Shown piece by piece: positions 60,901 through 64,000 of a stretch of 64,000 nucleotides of DNA. A model generated the notes under the pieces. It had not been told where the DNA came from. It made no database searches and worked only from the letters and a program-made list of their open reading frames with translations. A program made the position numbers and the translations under genes. Origin of the DNA: Monocercomonoides exilis PA203. Taxonomy: Eukaryota; Protista; Preaxostyla. The DNA lies in contig LSRY02000047.1 of the NCBI GenBank assembly GCA_001643675.2, positions 372,001-436,000 on the forward strand, read 5' to 3'. Every line of letters starts with the position of its first letter. The stretch's first letter is position 1.

Positions 60901-63355
60901 AATGATGAATGCCTCCCCAATTCATTCGGTATTGTGAATGATATGTTCTTGAATTAAAGATGAACTTTCGAAACAACCATCGATTCACTTTCTCCATTTT
61001 TATCCATTTCTCTCACTTTCAAAACTGTCCCTTTCTTTACTCCTTCGATTGTCACAATGGGAGTTTCTGAAAATGAAGGAGGTGATGGAAATGTAATTCC
61101 TCTGTTCAGTTCTCCTGATCCAGTGATTTTGATGTGTAATTCCCCTTCTTCAAGTGTTGTTCATCAATTGATCACTTAATTTCAATGAGATATCCAAGGT
61201 GCTTCCGAATACCCACACCCACTGAAGTCTCCTCCATTTTCTTTCGAAACAAACCCATCCCCACTCCAATTGAACCACATATACACAACAAGTGGAATTA
61301 CATATCCATTTTCTCCTGTCGTCTTCCTCTCCCATCCACACAACTTATCCAATGATCCCAACTCCTCTGAACTCATCTCCCATTTGAAGTGCTCCTTGTT
61401 CACAATCTTGCTCAGATCCCATCCTGAAACAAACATGTTCTTCCCTTTCCAAGCATTGCATCCCTCCAATGTCATTCCTTCCATCACAAATGTTCCCATT
61501 TGATCAGGCAGTTCAGCAAACATTCCTCTTCTAATTCTGTTTCCTTTTTCCTCTCTATCCTCTGATGGCACAGTACATCCTGATAATTTCACTCCTTTCA
61601 CTCTCAATGTTCCTCCACTTCCAACTGATATCATCATCCCTCCCCCTTTCATTCCACTTCCACCTGAGCATGTCGAAGACAAATTAGATTCTTCAATTTT
61701 CACATTCCCATTAACGCCCATCCCAACATTCAAGCATCCCCCTCCTCCATTTCCACCTGCCACATTCACTTCCACTCCAATCACCCTGCTGTTCAAAATC
61801 TCCAATTTCACTCCGCCAATCATCGTTATTGGAGATTTCCCATTCATTGTCAGTGTCACTCCACTTTCCATCACAAATCCATCAACAATTGGATTCCCTC
61901 CTGCCATGTCAATGATGCTGTATCCTATCCTTCCATCAGTCAATGCCTCACTCTCAAATGAGACTGAACAGTTCGTCACACTGAGTGTTGATGTCGAGTG
62001 AATGAATGCACTTCTCCTGGAATTCAACTGACCTTTCACAACAAATGAAAATCTCCTCATTGTCAGCGAACTCGAACGTCCAACAAGCCATTTTCATGTG
62101 AATGATCCTTTATCATTTTCTTCCACACATCCTCCAATTGCATCCACAAGCACACAATCAAATCCATTGTTCACTTCTGCCTCTGAATGGTATGAACATC
62201 CAGTTATCGCCAATTCTCCAGTTCTATTTGAAATAATCGTTTTGGCTGAATTGTCAAATCCAGATACCAGTTGCAGTTTGATATTTGTTCATTCAGGATG
62301 AATATCATTTCCCATGAAACATTCCAGTTGACTTTCAATTACCTTTTCAACACTCAATATTGCTTTTGTATCTTCTTCTCCCATTGATGAAGCCTTTTTG
62401 ATCTGATAATTGGACACATCATATGAATCTCGAATAACACTTGATCCTTCAATCTGAATTGTTTTCATTTCATCTCCCTCTTTCATGTTTTCCATCCCTT
62501 TCCACATTGTGAAGCATGGATCTTCTTCACTTCCACAACGTGCAACATCAAATCCATTAGAACAGCTAAATCAATCTTATTTTTCATTTTTTTTTAATAA
62601 ACATAAAAATGACAAATCTTTATTAAGTTCATTGTTTTTTACAATACAATTTTGAATTGTTTTGTGTGATAGTTGTTTATTTTTGCAAGATTTATTCATT
62701 AATGCATGTTTTGATCGAGCCTAATACAAAAAAACAAGATAATACCAAAGAACAAGTAAATATTTGAAGAATAATATAAATATAAATTTCATTAATATAA
62801 AAAGTGTCATTCGCAACCTATTTTGATATTTTTATCTGCATGCCAATTAACATTATAGAGGAAAAGTACGTGTAACCTTATTGAAAAAAATAAGCTGCTT
62901 TAAATACAAAACAAGTGCGCATATTATAATATGCTAAAATTTACTTACATAAGCATGCGAATTACGAATTTTTGAGTTCGATTTCTGCTCAAACAGCATT
63001 TTTAACTTTTCATATAAAAATATATTTATTGTGGGTTAGATCAAAAATATTTTATAAATTTTTTTATTCGTAATTTATATTTTTTATGATGAAAATTTAT
63101 TAATAAAATAAATTTAAATTAAAATATAAGCACATTGGATGTCCAAAAATCGCGTTTTCTTTAAAATTTGAATAATTTTTTATGAAATTCATGTTTTCAT
63201 AGGTCATTTTTCAAAAATCATTTTTTTCAACAAATAAAATTCTTTTCGAAAAATCGGTCCATAAAAAGTTTTCAAATAATTATTATCTATTAATTCGCTA
63301 TTATTTGAGGGTTAAAAAACGCAAATTGCAAAAGGAACGCGTTTGAACCTATGCC
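57987..63355. mobile_element. Non-autonomous long-TIR transposon carrying a host gene fragment (Pack-type; Merlin- or MULE-like)
   Basis: GGCATAGGTTCAAACGCG...CGCGTTTGAACCTATGCC. The outer 174 bp of the TIR match, and similarity extends to about 470 bp. 8-bp TSD AAAAACTG at 57979-57986 and 63356-63363. Confidence 0.92.
59103..62567 (-). pseudogene. Internal ectodomain slice of the giant Cys-rich receptor family (transposon cargo)
   Basis: GFDVARCGSEEDPC, GKNMFV, GKDVFI, DSRQCGAQSNPC and CRWEGSLVDV match modules of 19202-27310. It has stops and frameshifts and lacks a signal peptide, TM and kinase part. Confidence 0.85.
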
Positions 63356-64000
63356 AAAAACTGTTCCAAAAGATCTTGCAGCATTCAAATATTAACAAAT
63401 TGAAATAGAAGGTAATTGAATCTGGAGGATGACATAAAAATACTATGAAGAAATCATGATGGAAAACATTTAACCTTCTGTTTGAAAAAAGAATTGAATT
63501 GTTATGGTCGGAAGCATTTGTGCTTTTTAATACAAACGGACATTTATCGAGACTTTGCTAGCCAGTTATTTTATTGTGTTGTGAACATTCTGTGGAAATT
63601 GTTATTTCGTCATCTCATTTTTCTCATTTTTTCAAATCACTTGATCTGTTATTGTTTGTTCAATAAAGAATGATATTGTTTTCTTCTTTCGAACCTCCTG
63701 TTGAAAATGGAAAAACAGCATGCAATAAAGTCTTTTCAGCCAGTATTGGCAGATGATGTGAGTGCTGCCTTTGATTCAAAAACTTTCAAAAAAATCAAAT
63801 AATTTATGCTGCATATAACAGTTTGATCCTTGAGTTGCAAAGTTTGAATTACTATATCAGTCTTCAATGACGATAATATCTGAAATAAGTTCATTGTGTG
63901 TTCTTCATCCTGTGTACTTAACATGAAAATTCAAACGAGTGATAATTTTGTTCAGGAAACTGTTCTAAACAAAGAAGGTTTGAATTATTAACAAAAGATT

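Larger units (their letters stand above)
57800..63720 (+). pseudogene. Heavily decayed pogo-like DDE_1 transposase split by the 57987-63355 insertion
   Basis: Left flank ATLIFGVFSDVSSLIPVMICPQK continues on the right as (T)VPKDLAAFK...GHLSR...SHFSHFFKSLD. This parallels the 55240-56001 transposase. Confidence 0.65.

Overview
AT-rich eukaryotic DNA with short GT-AG introns and the standard genetic code. The gene families suggest an oxymonad such as Monocercomonoides; this is inferred from family recognition, not a search. Housekeeping genes are RPL22 with a long Lys/Ala/Pro-rich N-terminal extension head-to-head with a uridine kinase, an SLC45/SUC-type sugar transporter, and PA2G4/EBP1. Also present are giant Cys-rich beta-helix-like surface proteins (one intact with a TM segment and a degenerate kinase-like tail), a NEK-like pseudokinase and several pseudogenes. 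Much of the rest is DNA transposons, three of them with gene cargo. (1) A 5.9-kb Sola-like element with 809-bp TIRs encodes a USP/C19 deubiquitinase embedded in its transposase locus, with a plausible alternative-splicing arrangement. (2) A 2.8-kb hAT-type element with an 8-bp TSD carries an intron-containing copy of a host multigene family. (3) A 5.4-kb long-TIR element with an 8-bp TSD carries an internal slice of the surface-protein family and is nested in a dead pogo-like transposase. There are also three MITE families and a 1.96-kb palindrome centred exactly on a MITE.
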